Source: a virus
Taxonomy: Duplodnaviria; Caudoviricetes
Virus record (IMG/VR): IMGVR_UViG_3300031998_000008
Span: 32,001-96,000 of that record
Reading direction: 5' to 3' (one strand)
Length of the DNA: 64,000 nt
Position 1 is the stretch's first letter. Each line of letters begins with the position of its first letter. Positions 9,720 through 20,157 of the stretch are shown in pieces. A model generated the notes under the pieces. The model worked only from the letters and a program-made list of their open reading frames with translations. It made no database searches and had not been told where the DNA came from. The position numbers and the translations under genes were made by a program.

Positions 9720-11912
9720 TTAACCTTTATAATAATAACGATGTTCCGCTTCAATTTGTCTTGGCTCAGCAAATGAAGAAATTCTCTTCAAATACCCAAT
9801 AACACGTGTTAAATAATCAAGGTTTGTGCTTCCGCAATGTGGGCATACATCCAAAGTATGCTTGCTAATATATCCACATTCATTACAAACTGTATTTTTA
9901 ACATTAAATGTGAAATAGTTACATCCATTATTTGCAGCAATTTTCATAAATTGCCTATATTGTTCCTTTGAAAGATGCTCTTGAAGATTTGCATGTAAAG
10001 CGCTACCACCATCAAGGTATTTTACATAATCTCTTCCGTGTAAAACGGTCTTTTGTATAATGTTTACTGATTCATCTTCAGGATTATAGAAATATGAACT
10101 ATAAAGATTTCTGTTAGGACTTACCCAATAGCCATCTTTTTTATCCCATCTATAATTCTTAGCAGCCAAATTTTCAGCAGGAACAAATTCAGTATTAAAC
10201 ATACATTCTCTTGTTCTATCTTTTCTATTTGAAATATTGATGGTTTCCAAAATATTATTAACAAATTCTTTATATTCATCATTAACACTTACTTTAATGC
10301 CTAAGAACTCAGCAGCATCAGTAATTCCATTAACGCCAACAGTCAAATATTGCTTTTTCATATCAATAAAGCCAGCTCTATAGACATCAAGCATATTTGC
10401 TTCCAAGAAATCTTTAATTGTATCGTTAAATGATTTTTGGTATTTGTGAACACGTTCAGTAAGTTCCCTTACTTCATTTCTTATATATTCATACAAGGCA
10501 TCTTTATCATATTCAAGGCCCATTTCAACTATATTCTTACCATCTTCCAATGTAACGCCGTATTCATCATCAAAATACTTTCTTGCAGCATCTTGAATCA
10601 ATCTTGGTAAGTTCATTGTCATAACTGATTTAGAACCAGTTGCAACTGAAGCAGTACCCATTGAATATTGGTGTGTTGTGTGATTGTGGTCAGCATCATC
10701 TTCATCTAAATCCTTTAATGAATTACGCAACCTACAGCAACTACTTAATGAATCAGGACTATCGGAAAGATAGCAGAAGAAACTATGACCTTCTGACCAC
10801 ATTTCAGCAGTGAAATCTGCATATTCTTTATCCAAGAAATCATCAGCGCCATCTGTAAGTAATGCCATTGTTTCAACGGGGAATGTGAATGTATATGTCA
10901 ATCTTTCCTTATTGAACCACTTCATAAATCTCTTTTGTAGCCATGAAAGAGTTTCCCATACAGGTTTTGTGTCATCTGGAAATACAAAATCACCAAACAC
11001 ACCTTCGAAATATGGTTTATCAAAATATGAAATATTCCAAAAGACTGTTTGATAGCCACGATTACCTGCCGGCATATTCATACTGTGTACCACTTGTTGG
11101 AATGCATTGTCAATAACATCACCAATAGTTCTTTTCTTTCTACTCAAGTCAACAACTTCATCAACTCTATTAATATAATCTTCGCCATAATCTTTTCTAA
11201 TGAAATAATCCATATACATTAAAAATTCAGGAGTTGCAACAGCACCCATGAATTGTGATGAAATTGAATAAACAAGATTGATAAATTCGCCACAGAATGA
11301 TTTCAAGTCTGTTGGTGCTACTGATTCACCACCAAGGCCCTTTAATCCATCAACAAGGAAAGGATACATTGTTATAGCAACGCAATACGGATAACCAGGT
11401 GTACCACTTTCATCATGCTTATACAGCCTGTGTGATTCCAAATCAGCAATGTATTGTTCTGCAAGTTTCTTGGTGTAATTGTATCTGATTTTATCAAATA
11501 GAATATATCTATTTTGCTTGATATTATCTTCTTTATACAATTCTTGTCCAAGAGTAACAATGTTCTTATTGCTTACATTTGCATTTGAGTCAAATTTTGA
11601 CCCCGTTGCTGCGTTCTTTGCATGGATATATTCCTGAATGAAGTCATTTTTCTTTCTTCTCGGTACAGTGTCGTTGTAACTCCTTGAATATTCCTTTGCA
11701 ACTTTTTTGTTTATGCTCATAAGGGCATCTTCTACCTGTCTTCTAATTTCTTCGGTACTAATATTGTCATAAAGAAAAAGGCTGTTGACGATACTTTCAA
11801 GGATTAAATCATCACATTCTTCGCCAGTAGCCTCATATGCTTTACAAATACCACTCTTAACTTTCTCTCTATCAAATTCTTCTAAAAAATGCTTACTTTT
11901 TCTTACGTTCAT
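9720..11912 (-). CDS. nrdD: Anaerobic (class III) ribonucleoside-triphosphate reductase with ATP cone
   Basis: N-terminal ATP cone, PYC, SSCCRL, C-terminal CxxC...CxxC and glycyl-radical loop TRVIGYL. Confidence 0.95.
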   Translation of the reverse strand: MNVRKSKHFLEEFDREKVKSGICKAYEATGEECDDLILESIVNSLFLYDNISTEEIRRQVEDALMSINKKVAKEYSRSYNDTVPRRKKNDFIQEYIHAKNAATGSKFDSNANVSNKNIVTLGQELYKEDNIKQNRYILFDKIRYNYTKKLAEQYIADLESHRLYKHDESGTPGYPYCVAITMYPFLVDGLKGLGGESVAPTDLKSFCGEFINLVYSISSQFMGAVATPEFLMYMDYFIRKDYGEDYINRVDEVVDLSRKKRTIGDVIDNAFQQVVHSMNMPAGNRGYQTVFWNISYFDKPYFEGVFGDFVFPDDTKPVWETLSWLQKRFMKWFNKERLTYTFTFPVETMALLTDGADDFLDKEYADFTAEMWSEGHSFFCYLSDSPDSLSSCCRLRNSLKDLDEDDADHNHTTHQYSMGTASVATGSKSVMTMNLPRLIQDAARKYFDDEYGVTLEDGKNIVEMGLEYDKDALYEYIRNEVRELTERVHKYQKSFNDTIKDFLEANMLDVYRAGFIDMKKQYLTVGVNGITDAAEFLGIKVSVNDEYKEFVNNILETINISNRKDRTRECMFNTEFVPAENLAAKNYRWDKKDGYWVSPNRNLYSSYFYNPEDESVNIIQKTVLHGRDYVKYLDGGSALHANLQEHLSKEQYRQFMKIAANNGCNYFTFNVKNTVCNECGYISKHTLDVCPHCGSTNLDYLTRVIGYLKRISSFAEPRQIEAEHRYYYKG

Positions 11913-11982
11913 AACTAAAATCTTTCTTATTTTAATAAATAAGAGGCTCTTTCATTTTGTTTGAAAAAGCCTCATATTTTTT

Positions 11983-13512
11983 TTAAAATTTATCATTGGG
12001 CTTTATTAAACCAACAAAATTTCCTTCTACAACTTCCTCACTATCAGTCTCTTTACTGACAACTTCATCTTTTTTGGCGTTTATTTCCCTGAACAATTTT
12101 GTTCGTTGTTTTTCCTGAAGGTCGGCGGCTTGTTCCTCCCATGCAAGTGAATCATCAAACTCTTGAACTTCATCACATGAAATTGTACTTGTACCGTTGT
12201 CAAATTTTACATTATTAAATATTTTTCCCGACTTTCCTGAACGATTTTTAAGCACTGAAATTACTGCTTTATTTTTATCAATATCTCCAATTGCCCTTGC
12301 TATTGATAAAATCAACTGAGCAACATGGACTTTTTTTGCTGAGCCACTTGCTTGGTCCATTCTAACAACATCAGGACTGTTCATACTGTCTTTTGTGCCT
12401 TGAGTCGGAATCCATATAGCACAATCAAGGTCATGTGCCATATTTTCCAATTTTCTCATTGTAACACCCTCACGTGTCCATTCTGTATCAGTTGAATATC
12501 CACCCTTTTCAGGAGCAAGACATTCAAAATAGTCAATTGAAATTAAATCAGGTTTGAATCCTGTATTGATTAATCTTCTTACAAATATCTCAATATCACT
12601 TGCACTTTTAGTGCCTGTCTTAAAATGTTTTAACCTAAGATTATTTGTTAAAGCCTCTTTGTCTTTAAAATTGTTAAGCCAATTTTGCACTTCATCCCTG
12701 TCTTGAGTGGAAAGTCTCTTCATTGTTCTAGCTTCCCATCCTGTGATTCTTGAATAGTGCTTTCTTGTTATATCAACATCATCATCCTCGAAATAAATTT
12801 GTAGTACTTTATATCCTTGATGATTATTCATGTCGCATTTATAACCTGCGGCATATGAGCATATTGCTGTTGTAAATGTTGTCTTACCAAAGCCAGCTGG
12901 GGCAATTATAAGTCCAAGTTTACCCTTATCAAGACCACCGCCAAGAACATCATCAAGAACACTAACACCTGTTGGAATTGACACTGTATAATCATTAGCC
13001 AATGCCTTATCCATCATTTCATAGATGTTATAACCAAAATCATCTTCCTGGCCAGCCATTGCAGCTTCATCTAACATCTTTTGGCATTCCTCATACCTAT
13101 CAATGTCACCTTTACCTGCAATTTCAAGAATTTTGTTAGCAACTTTAATGAGATTTTGTTGTTTGAAAAAGCGTAATGCTGTTTCCTTTACAATTGTATA
13201 TCCCTCATAACTTGTCTCAAATTTTAATTTTTTAACAAGTGCATTCCACTCATCTATATCATTTTGGGTTTTTGCCTTTTGATTCAGCAAAAACCCAATG
13301 ACTTCGTATGATGGCATTACATTTTCATTTTTGTAATAGTCCTTTACAGTACCTACAAAAGTTCTAAGTAATGCGTCAGTAAATGCGTTTTGGTCAACAA
13401 TTGACGCTATATCTTCAAAAAATTTAGGTTCTTCTACAAAAATTTTAACAAGTTTGTATTGAAAGTCTAAATCCAAGTAACCTAAGTTACTTTTATCCAA
13501 TTGTTTACCCAC
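11983..13512 (-). CDS. Replicative DNA helicase (DnaB / T4 gp41-like)
   Basis: IPTG..LD..LGGGL, Walker A APAGFGKT, IDYFE, PTQG, KNRSG. GTG start. Confidence 0.92.
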   Translation of the reverse strand: MGKQLDKSNLGYLDLDFQYKLVKIFVEEPKFFEDIASIVDQNAFTDALLRTFVGTVKDYYKNENVMPSYEVIGFLLNQKAKTQNDIDEWNALVKKLKFETSYEGYTIVKETALRFFKQQNLIKVANKILEIAGKGDIDRYEECQKMLDEAAMAGQEDDFGYNIYEMMDKALANDYTVSIPTGVSVLDDVLGGGLDKGKLGLIIAPAGFGKTTFTTAICSYAAGYKCDMNNHQGYKVLQIYFEDDDVDITRKHYSRITGWEARTMKRLSTQDRDEVQNWLNNFKDKEALTNNLRLKHFKTGTKSASDIEIFVRRLINTGFKPDLISIDYFECLAPEKGGYSTDTEWTREGVTMRKLENMAHDLDCAIWIPTQGTKDSMNSPDVVRMDQASGSAKKVHVAQLILSIARAIGDIDKNKAVISVLKNRSGKSGKIFNNVKFDNGTSTISCDEVQEFDDSLAWEEQAADLQEKQRTKLFREINAKKDEVVSKETDSEEVVEGNFVGLIKPNDKF

Positions 13513-13523
13513 TAATCACATAA

Positions 13524-14285
13524 TTATACCACATTATATAGCAATCTATCTGAGTCGTGATTCCAACAATCGAACAAATCATCAACATCAGTAGTATAAT
13601 CCTTGCTATCAGGATAGCTACATGCGTAGCAAATGTTTTTAATCAAGCCATAAACAAGGTCTGACTTGTCTTTGACCATCATATAGAGCAAATATTGCTC
13701 AAAGGTCAAATGCTCGGTATCCTCCTCAGAGAATTTACCTCTCTTGTTGGATAAGTCAATCTTATCCCTAACGAACTTAGGATAGTAACCATCCCAAGTA
13801 ATGGCACAAACTTCTCTACCGTCCACCTTAAAAGCAAACTTATAGGTTGATTTGTTATCTTCAGCACTTGACTCAGTAAGTTCACCATCATCAAACTTAC
13901 TGCCAAGAGGCTTGACGGTTTTATCTTTACAAAGAACAAAGTCGGTCTCGGTATTACCCTTAACAACAAGGCCCTCACCGATTGTCATTTTTGCAAAGTT
14001 TTCATCCTTTGACACGTATTCCTCCATTTGTTCCTGAGTATCAAAAACTCTTGGAGCGTAAATTGACAAATAAATCTGAGTTTTATCCTTCAGGTCATTG
14101 TCAATGATGGCTGCACACCTTCTAATGGCATTTGTAAGTTCATATGAACGCAAAGCCGTTGGGTTAAAATTATTAATTCTAAAATAACGTTGGCAAATAA
14201 TATTACCATCTGTCGTAAAGACAAATTCGAATCTTTCTTTATAGTCCTTTTGTGATTCGGCGGACTTCTGTTTAAATTCTGCCAT
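13524..14285 (-). CDS. Hypothetical protein between exonuclease and helicase
   Basis: 253 aa clean ORF with its own -35/-10-like promoter; no recognisable motif. Confidence 0.75.
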   Translation of the reverse strand: MAEFKQKSAESQKDYKERFEFVFTTDGNIICQRYFRINNFNPTALRSYELTNAIRRCAAIIDNDLKDKTQIYLSIYAPRVFDTQEQMEEYVSKDENFAKMTIGEGLVVKGNTETDFVLCKDKTVKPLGSKFDDGELTESSAEDNKSTYKFAFKVDGREVCAITWDGYYPKFVRDKIDLSNKRGKFSEEDTEHLTFEQYLLYMMVKDKSDLVYGLIKNICYACSYPDSKDYTTDVDDLFDCWNHDSDRLLYNVV

Positions 14286-14338
14286 AAATTAAAATTTTAA
14301 AAATTAAAAAAACACTTTTCTAATCAAATTGTACTTAA

Positions 14339-14367
14339 ATTATATAAAATTTCTTTTGATAAAACAA
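14339..14367 (-). promoter_or_regulatory. Sigma70-like promoter TTGTTT-N17-TATAAT
   Basis: Exact 17-nt spacer; the same architecture occurs at 15636-15664 and 20158-20186. Confidence 0.6.
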
Positions 14368-14385
14368 ATAAAATTTTATTCATGT

Positions 14386-15618
14386 CTAATTATTTTCATC
14401 TTTAAATTTCTTTTTCTCCCTATCAGACAATTCTTTAAATGGTACAAAAAAATTTGAAAAAGAATTAATATCCATCAAATCTTCTATACCGTCTCGCTTA
14501 ATCATTTCGTATAAATTTTCAAATGAACGGCCTTCAGGGTCCATTGGAGCGTACATCATGGATTCAATATCACCCTCTGCTCGTTTTGTTAGCAATGGGT
14601 GCTTCAAATCAATGATTTTTTCGTTAATTTCATAAAAATCGCCATCATATTGCTTGTTTGAAACGCCATTTACTATGTTTTCATGCCATTTTAACGGTTT
14701 TTTCTTCTCAGCAACACGTTCATCAATCAGTTTTTGGGCTTTTTCCTTTACCTCATCTATAGTTATAGGTCTTTCGGCCATTTCAGGCATCAATTCCATC
14801 AATCTTGCCTCTGAAAGACCCTTTATATTACCTATATTATCAGATGTATCACCACATAGAATCTTTTTTATGAGAACATTTTCAATTGGATAACCCTTAA
14901 TTGACTGAAAATTCTTAACTGAAAGGTATTTTTTAATTCTCCTGTCATAAACTGACACTGTTGGAGTGATTAATTGTGTCAAATCTTGGTCAGAACTGAC
15001 TATAACAATCCTTTCTTCAGGCTTTTTATGTAATGTGTAGTAGGCAATGAAGTCATCACCCTCAGTTTTATTGTCAAAAAGGACCCTAATGAACATTTCT
15101 TCACAATACTGCATGATAATGTTGCGTTCTCTCTCGAAATTTTCATCAACAAGTTCTTTTTTCTTCTTTCTTTCTTCCTTTAGGGCCTTTTCTTCGTCAG
15201 AAAGTGATTCTTCACGCTCTTTTTTCTTATTTTTATTGTAAATTGCCTTTTCCATGCACTTAATTGTCATGTTTAAGCGTTTCCAATAGTCACTTTCTTC
15301 TTCACCATCAATAACATGCTTTGCGTAATTCTTATCCCTATTCGCTTTATACTCATTATATAATTGATACCTCAAAATTCCAGACTCTGAGTCATCAAAA
15401 ACAACATAAACGTATGAATATTGATAATCCCTAAGCATTAACTTGATTTGTAAGAAAAATTGGAATATACCCCCATAGTGAATGCCATCTGCATTAATCT
15501 TTGTGTCAGCCATACATTGGCGCAAAAGGTTATTACCGTCAATTATCAATGTAAAAAACGGTTTTGCAGATAGTTCAGGATGTAATTCTTTTATATTTTG
15601 TCTTACGGGCTGTCCCAT
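14386..15618 (-). CDS. 5'-3' exonuclease / flap endonuclease (T4 RNase H, PolI N-terminal-like)
   Basis: IIDGNNL, YKANR, EGDDFIA, SSDQDL, GDTSDNI. Confidence 0.92.
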   Translation of the reverse strand: MGQPVRQNIKELHPELSAKPFFTLIIDGNNLLRQCMADTKINADGIHYGGIFQFFLQIKLMLRDYQYSYVYVVFDDSESGILRYQLYNEYKANRDKNYAKHVIDGEEESDYWKRLNMTIKCMEKAIYNKNKKKEREESLSDEEKALKEERKKKKELVDENFERERNIIMQYCEEMFIRVLFDNKTEGDDFIAYYTLHKKPEERIVIVSSDQDLTQLITPTVSVYDRRIKKYLSVKNFQSIKGYPIENVLIKKILCGDTSDNIGNIKGLSEARLMELMPEMAERPITIDEVKEKAQKLIDERVAEKKKPLKWHENIVNGVSNKQYDGDFYEINEKIIDLKHPLLTKRAEGDIESMMYAPMDPEGRSFENLYEMIKRDGIEDLMDINSFSNFFVPFKELSDREKKKFKDENN

Positions 15619-15635
15619 TAACTTACTTTTTATAT

Positions 15636-15664
15636 AATATACAAATTTAGATACGAAAAAACAA
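15636..15664 (-). promoter_or_regulatory. Sigma70-like promoter TTGTTT-N17-TATATT
   Basis: Upstream of the exonuclease ATG, with a 17-nt spacer. Confidence 0.6.
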
Positions 15665-15670
15665 CAAATC

Positions 15671-16471
15671 CTACTGAGGATTTTGTGGTATATTGTTCCA
15701 TTTCTTCAAAATCTCAGTGATTATTGGGTTTCTCACAATATCTTCCTCTGTAAATTCCAAAAATCCAACGCCTTCAATGTCTTTTAGAACGTCAAAAGCA
15801 TAATCAAGCCCACATTTATCACCTGATTTCTTAATGTCCTTTCTATCTATTTGCATATTATCACCAAGAAACACCATTTTACTGTTCCTACCGATTCTTG
15901 TAAGTATTAAAAGCATTTCTTGCTTGTTGAAATTTTCTGATTCGTCAATGATTATAATACTGTCATCAAATGTTTTACCTCTCAAAAATGAAGCAGCCTC
16001 TTCAACAACCATGTCGTTCTTCAATAAATTAACAATAATGTCTTTGCTGTTAAAATTACCACTATCATCCAATATTTTTTCAATCGTGAATTCAATTGCA
16101 TCGAAAAACGGCTGCAATTTTTCATCAACAGAGCCAGGAAGTAATCCAAGAGGCATTGATGATGATTCAACATTAGGACAACAAATTATAATTCGTCTAT
16201 AAGGCCCGTTTTTAAGTAAATCCAAGGCTGTTTCAGCTGCTATGTATGATTTTCCCGTCCCTGCGGAACCTTGGCAAAAAACGATTTCTTTTTCCTTTAT
16301 TAAATTATGTAATTCTTTTTGTTTTTGATTTTTACATTTAAGTTTTAATTTAAAGTTTAACAACTTTGAAGGATTTACTTTGGCCTCCTCCTTTTCAGGA
16401 TTCATTTTGGTTTTGATGTACTCAAGTTCATCTTCATCCAATGATTCCACAAGTCTCTTTTTCTTAGCCAT
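15671..16471 (-). CDS. phoH: PhoH-family ATPase
   Basis: GSAGTGKS, LGLLPG, FLRGKTF, IIDESEN, LTRIG, GDNMQID, DIVRNP. Confidence 0.95.
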   Translation of the reverse strand: MAKKKRLVESLDEDELEYIKTKMNPEKEEAKVNPSKLLNFKLKLKCKNQKQKELHNLIKEKEIVFCQGSAGTGKSYIAAETALDLLKNGPYRRIIICCPNVESSSMPLGLLPGSVDEKLQPFFDAIEFTIEKILDDSGNFNSKDIIVNLLKNDMVVEEAASFLRGKTFDDSIIIIDESENFNKQEMLLILTRIGRNSKMVFLGDNMQIDRKDIKKSGDKCGLDYAFDVLKDIEGVGFLEFTEEDIVRNPIITEILKKWNNIPQNPQ

Positions 16472-16504
16472 AAAAACAATTTTTTAGAATTATTAATTTA
16501 AATA

Positions 16505-16538
16505 AGAAAAAAGCACTACTATTCACTAGCAGTGCTTT
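16505..16538 (-). terminator. Rho-independent terminator upstream of phoH
   Basis: Minus strand reads AAAGCACTGCT-loop-AGTAGTGCTTTTTTT. Confidence 0.7.
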
Positions 16539-16546
16539 ATCGTTAT

Positions 16547-16573
16547 TTAGTAATATGTAGTCATACAACTCAT
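16547..16573 (-). CDS. Candidate micro-ORF / leader peptide MSCMTTYY
   Basis: ATGAGTTGTATGACTACATATTACTAA starts 17 nt after a CTATTTAT motif (16591-16598) and ends just before a terminator. Confidence 0.3.
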   Translation of the reverse strand: MSCMTTYY

Positions 16574-16602
16574 ATGATATTATTTATATCATAAATAGTA
16601 CA

Positions 16603-17247
16603 TTACTTCTTAAATTGAATAATACTTGTGATGCTACCTGAACCATGCCATTCACATTCACTATCATCATTAATCAAAATTTCAACAGTCTTGATTTTAT
16701 CAATTAATTCTTTGTTTTCCAATTCAGTTAAATAATCTGAATGTTTATTAAAACATAACAATCCAATTGGGTTTGTTGATAGATTAGTATCATTCGCATG
16801 ATGATGTAAATCTTCAATAATATAGATTCCATCTTCTGAAAGAAGTTCGTTTAGCCAATATAAATTAGTTATTTGATGTTTTTCCTTATGTGAGCCATCA
16901 TCAATTATAATATCAAACTTCATACCATTATTAACCATTTCACTCTTGAACTTGTTAATGTCAACATATGAATCTTGGTCAGCAATATGTATATGTGTAT
17001 TGTAATTTTCAAATGTTTTTGTGTACTCAGCAATATCAATTGCATGTATTTCACAGTCGCCATGGAAAAAGTCATCATACATTCTTAGGCTTCCACCGGC
17101 TTCAACACCGATTTCAAGTATTCTAACATGCCTTTTTTGGTATTTTTCAAAATATCTTTGATAGAACTCAGTATAGGCGTGTTTTTCCCTAAATTCAGTA
17201 CCTTTATCTGTGCCATATTTATTGGCAATCTTCGTTAATACTTCCAT
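16603..17247 (-). CDS. Class I SAM-dependent methyltransferase (MycE/OleY-like sugar O-methyltransferase type)
   Basis: YGTDK..H.Y, ILEIGV..GGSL, DQ, FDIIIDDGSH, GIYIIEDL. Confidence 0.8.
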   Translation of the reverse strand: MEVLTKIANKYGTDKGTEFREKHAYTEFYQRYFEKYQKRHVRILEIGVEAGGSLRMYDDFFHGDCEIHAIDIAEYTKTFENYNTHIHIADQDSYVDINKFKSEMVNNGMKFDIIIDDGSHKEKHQITNLYWLNELLSEDGIYIIEDLHHHANDTNLSTNPIGLLCFNKHSDYLTELENKELIDKIKTVEILINDDSECEWHGSGSITSIIQFKK

Positions 17248-17248
17248 A

Positions 17249-18469
17249 TTATTCTATTTGTTCTGTATCACTTTCCTCGAAATCAACATCTTCTGCACTA
17301 AATTGCATGTCTTTTCCGTTATTTTTAGCAATTTCACTTAATTTTTTCAGAATTTCAGGAATTCTTCTCTTCTTGTATTCTTCTTGAGAATCTTTATCAG
17401 TTCCGATAATTCCGGTATCAGTACAAATAAACTCACCCTCATATGTTACATTGAATGGGCTTGGTAATTGGTTTTTAAGAACCTTAATCTTGGTTTGTGT
17501 ACCATAATTATAAGTAAGGCCCTTTGAAACAGCAGACAATCTCTTAACTGATGATTTTAATTGTCCGCCAAGAAGAATAATAAGTCTTGAACGATAAGTA
17601 ATTGATTTACCACCCTTCATTTCCATGCTCGGTGGAGCAACAGGATTAGTAGTACCATCAAGCCAAATTTTGTTAATCATAACCATTGTATTGGTATATT
17701 TTGCAGAAACTTTTCTTGATGATGGAATTTTATTATCCATAATATCTTGGAATGCGGCAGAAATAGTACCTGCATCGAACATATTGTTACCGACTTTACT
17801 GTTATAAGACTTCAAGCCGCCAATACTACCAACTGAATCCCATAAGAACAAGAATCCTTGGTCAATATCACCATTAGATTGGGCCTCAAGGAATTCATTT
17901 ATTGAATAAACAATGTCTTCAATAACAGCAGAATTTCTCTTTTTACCGCCACGCTTACCTGTTGAATAATCAATATCGCCATATCTTTCCATTAATATAG
18001 CATTATTGAAATATACAAACGGTCCATCATATTCAATAATTCTATTTTCTTTAACAATTGAAATGTCACCAGTTTCAGGGTCAACTACTTCAACATTAAC
18101 ATCACCATAAACAGGTGTTGCATCCATACCCATATCTATAGCATATTGGAAATCAAAGTTGTTCTCAGTATCATAAATAACAGGAACGATTCCTTGCCTT
18201 TGTGCTGATACAATTGCATGGTTTACCAATGTTGATTTACCCGTATTTGGGTGTCCACAAATTGTTGTGACATATCCCTGTGGAAATCCTGGTAATTTTA
18301 TTGCGTCTTGGAATGCCTCAGGCATTAAAATCCAATCAATTGGTTTGTCTGCATTACTTGCATTTTGAATTTCACCCTTTTCAACACTAACGCCAAATCC
18401 CATCTTTGCTTTCAAATCTGAAATCGTGTTCTTCTTTTTAATAGGTGCTTTTTTCTGTGGTTGTGCCAT
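17249..18469 (-). CDS. RecA/UvsX-like recombinase
   Basis: Walker A GHPNTGKST, YDTEN, WDSVGS, MKGGKSI; clustered with the SSB gene. Confidence 0.88.
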   Translation of the reverse strand: MAQPQKKAPIKKKNTISDLKAKMGFGVSVEKGEIQNASNADKPIDWILMPEAFQDAIKLPGFPQGYVTTICGHPNTGKSTLVNHAIVSAQRQGIVPVIYDTENNFDFQYAIDMGMDATPVYGDVNVEVVDPETGDISIVKENRIIEYDGPFVYFNNAILMERYGDIDYSTGKRGGKKRNSAVIEDIVYSINEFLEAQSNGDIDQGFLFLWDSVGSIGGLKSYNSKVGNNMFDAGTISAAFQDIMDNKIPSSRKVSAKYTNTMVMINKIWLDGTTNPVAPPSMEMKGGKSITYRSRLIILLGGQLKSSVKRLSAVSKGLTYNYGTQTKIKVLKNQLPSPFNVTYEGEFICTDTGIIGTDKDSQEEYKKRRIPEILKKLSEIAKNNGKDMQFSAEDVDFEESDTEQIE

Positions 18470-19098
18470 TATAAATCTGTGTTTTCATATAAAGGATTAT
18501 GTGTCTTTTCAAAATAACATCTTCTACACAAAGACACGTATCTATCATCACCTCCAACTTCAATTTGTTCTCCATCGGTGACAACTTCGCCATCCTTATT
18601 TATTCTTGCATTAAATATAGTTTTACTATTACAATAACAGCTTGATTTGATTTCTTCAAAACTGTCAGCTATTTCAAATAATCGTTTTGAACCAGGAAAC
18701 AATTGTGTCCTGAAGTCGGTTCTTAATCCGTAGCATAAAACATTGATTCCGAAATTGTCTGCAATTGCACCCAATTCATCAACTTGCTTTTCAGTCAAGA
18801 ATTGACATTCATCAATCAAAATCCATTTAAGGCCATTTGCTCCGTAGAACAAATCAGCATTAAGGTATTTTGAAATCATTTCATAAAGATTATCGTCAGT
18901 GGAAATACTAACACACTCAATATCACCTATTGCACGTGAATGTATAACATCTTTACCATCCCTATCATCTATTTTACTTTTAAGGACAATAAAAGGTATT
19001 GAATGTACTTTGAAATTATGTGCTGTGGCAATAAGATGTAAACTCTTACCACTACCCATAGCACCGTAATTAAATTTTATCTTACCATGACAACACAT
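18469..19098 (-). CDS. tdk: Thymidine kinase
   Basis: YGAMGSGKS, IDECQF, YGLRTDF, IEVGG..RYVSLCRRC. Confidence 0.95.
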   Translation of the reverse strand: MCCHGKIKFNYGAMGSGKSLHLIATAHNFKVHSIPFIVLKSKIDDRDGKDVIHSRAIGDIECVSISTDDNLYEMISKYLNADLFYGANGLKWILIDECQFLTEKQVDELGAIADNFGINVLCYGLRTDFRTQLFPGSKRLFEIADSFEEIKSSCYCNSKTIFNARINKDGEVVTDGEQIEVGGDDRYVSLCRRCYFEKTHNPLYENTDL

Positions 19099-19101
19099 AT
19101 A

Positions 19102-20088
19102 TTAATAAGGTAAATCATCGTCATTTATTTCCAATGAATTGGCAAATGACTTATTATTGTTTTCGCTTTCTTTAACTTTTTGTTCAGCGTCTTTTATTTC
19201 CTCATTAATTTTAGTTGTGTTAGCGCCATGTTCTTTTTCGTATTCTTCCTTGTCAACCCACATTCCCTTTGATTTATCATACCAAGGAACTCTCATTTGT
19301 GAAACTAAATTAAGATATTCATATGGCTTGCATGTAAAAACTTCTTGCCATTTCTTGTTGTCAAATATCCATTTCTTCATTTGTTCCTCATCTTCTGACA
19401 ATGGGCTTCTATCACCATCATCAATAATGCTTGGTGCTGATTTTTCTGCTGATGTGATTGTTACATTCAAATCACGGCCACTATAAATGTCAAGAATATT
19501 GTTTTCTTTGCCTTTCTTCTTAGCCTCTTCTTCTCTTAACTTGGCCAAATTAAGAATTTGGTTGTACGGGTCAGTTTTGTCCTTTGCTCTGATGTTAAAC
19601 TTCCAGAATTTAACGCCATCGCTTTCCTTTCCACGTTCAATACATCTCACAATAACAGCCTCTTGGCTCTTGAATGCAAGAGATGCTTCTTGTAACGCTT
19701 TTTTCTTAGCAGGGTCTGTTTCTTTTGTTGATTCCAAATAAGCGGTATAGTTCATTTCACAAAATGGACATTTATTGCCATATTTCTCATGGTCAATTCC
19801 TTCCGTCTTATTTAAGCAAATGTAGGATTTATATGGCTTTTCGCCTGGTTTTACCATTTCTTGAGGGACTTTCACGTTGTGAATGTGTATTTTCGCAAAC
19901 GGACTACCTGTTTCCAAGTCCATCGGTAATAACCTTATTGTAAGTGTTTTTTGGTCTTCTCCTTCTGAGAGTCTTACATTTAGGTAGTTTTTTACATCAA
20001 AACCTTCTTTCTTTGGTTTTTGTTCTTCAGTCTTTTCGTTTACAACTGAATCTAAACTAATGTTTGGTAATTCAATTAAGTTACCCAT
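19102..20088 (-). CDS. Single-stranded DNA-binding protein (T4 gp32-like)
   Basis: IRLLP, H..C..CPFC zinc site, VKFWKF, GRDL, acidic tail DDDLPY. Confidence 0.85.
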   Translation of the reverse strand: MGNLIELPNISLDSVVNEKTEEQKPKKEGFDVKNYLNVRLSEGEDQKTLTIRLLPMDLETGSPFAKIHIHNVKVPQEMVKPGEKPYKSYICLNKTEGIDHEKYGNKCPFCEMNYTAYLESTKETDPAKKKALQEASLAFKSQEAVIVRCIERGKESDGVKFWKFNIRAKDKTDPYNQILNLAKLREEEAKKKGKENNILDIYSGRDLNVTITSAEKSAPSIIDDGDRSPLSEDEEQMKKWIFDNKKWQEVFTCKPYEYLNLVSQMRVPWYDKSKGMWVDKEEYEKEHGANTTKINEEIKDAEQKVKESENNNKSFANSLEINDDDLPY

Positions 20089-20157
20089 AAAATTAAGTAA
20101 ATTTTTTCATAAAATTATTATTTTAAAAGTGTTAATAAATAAAAGTATTTCTTATAT

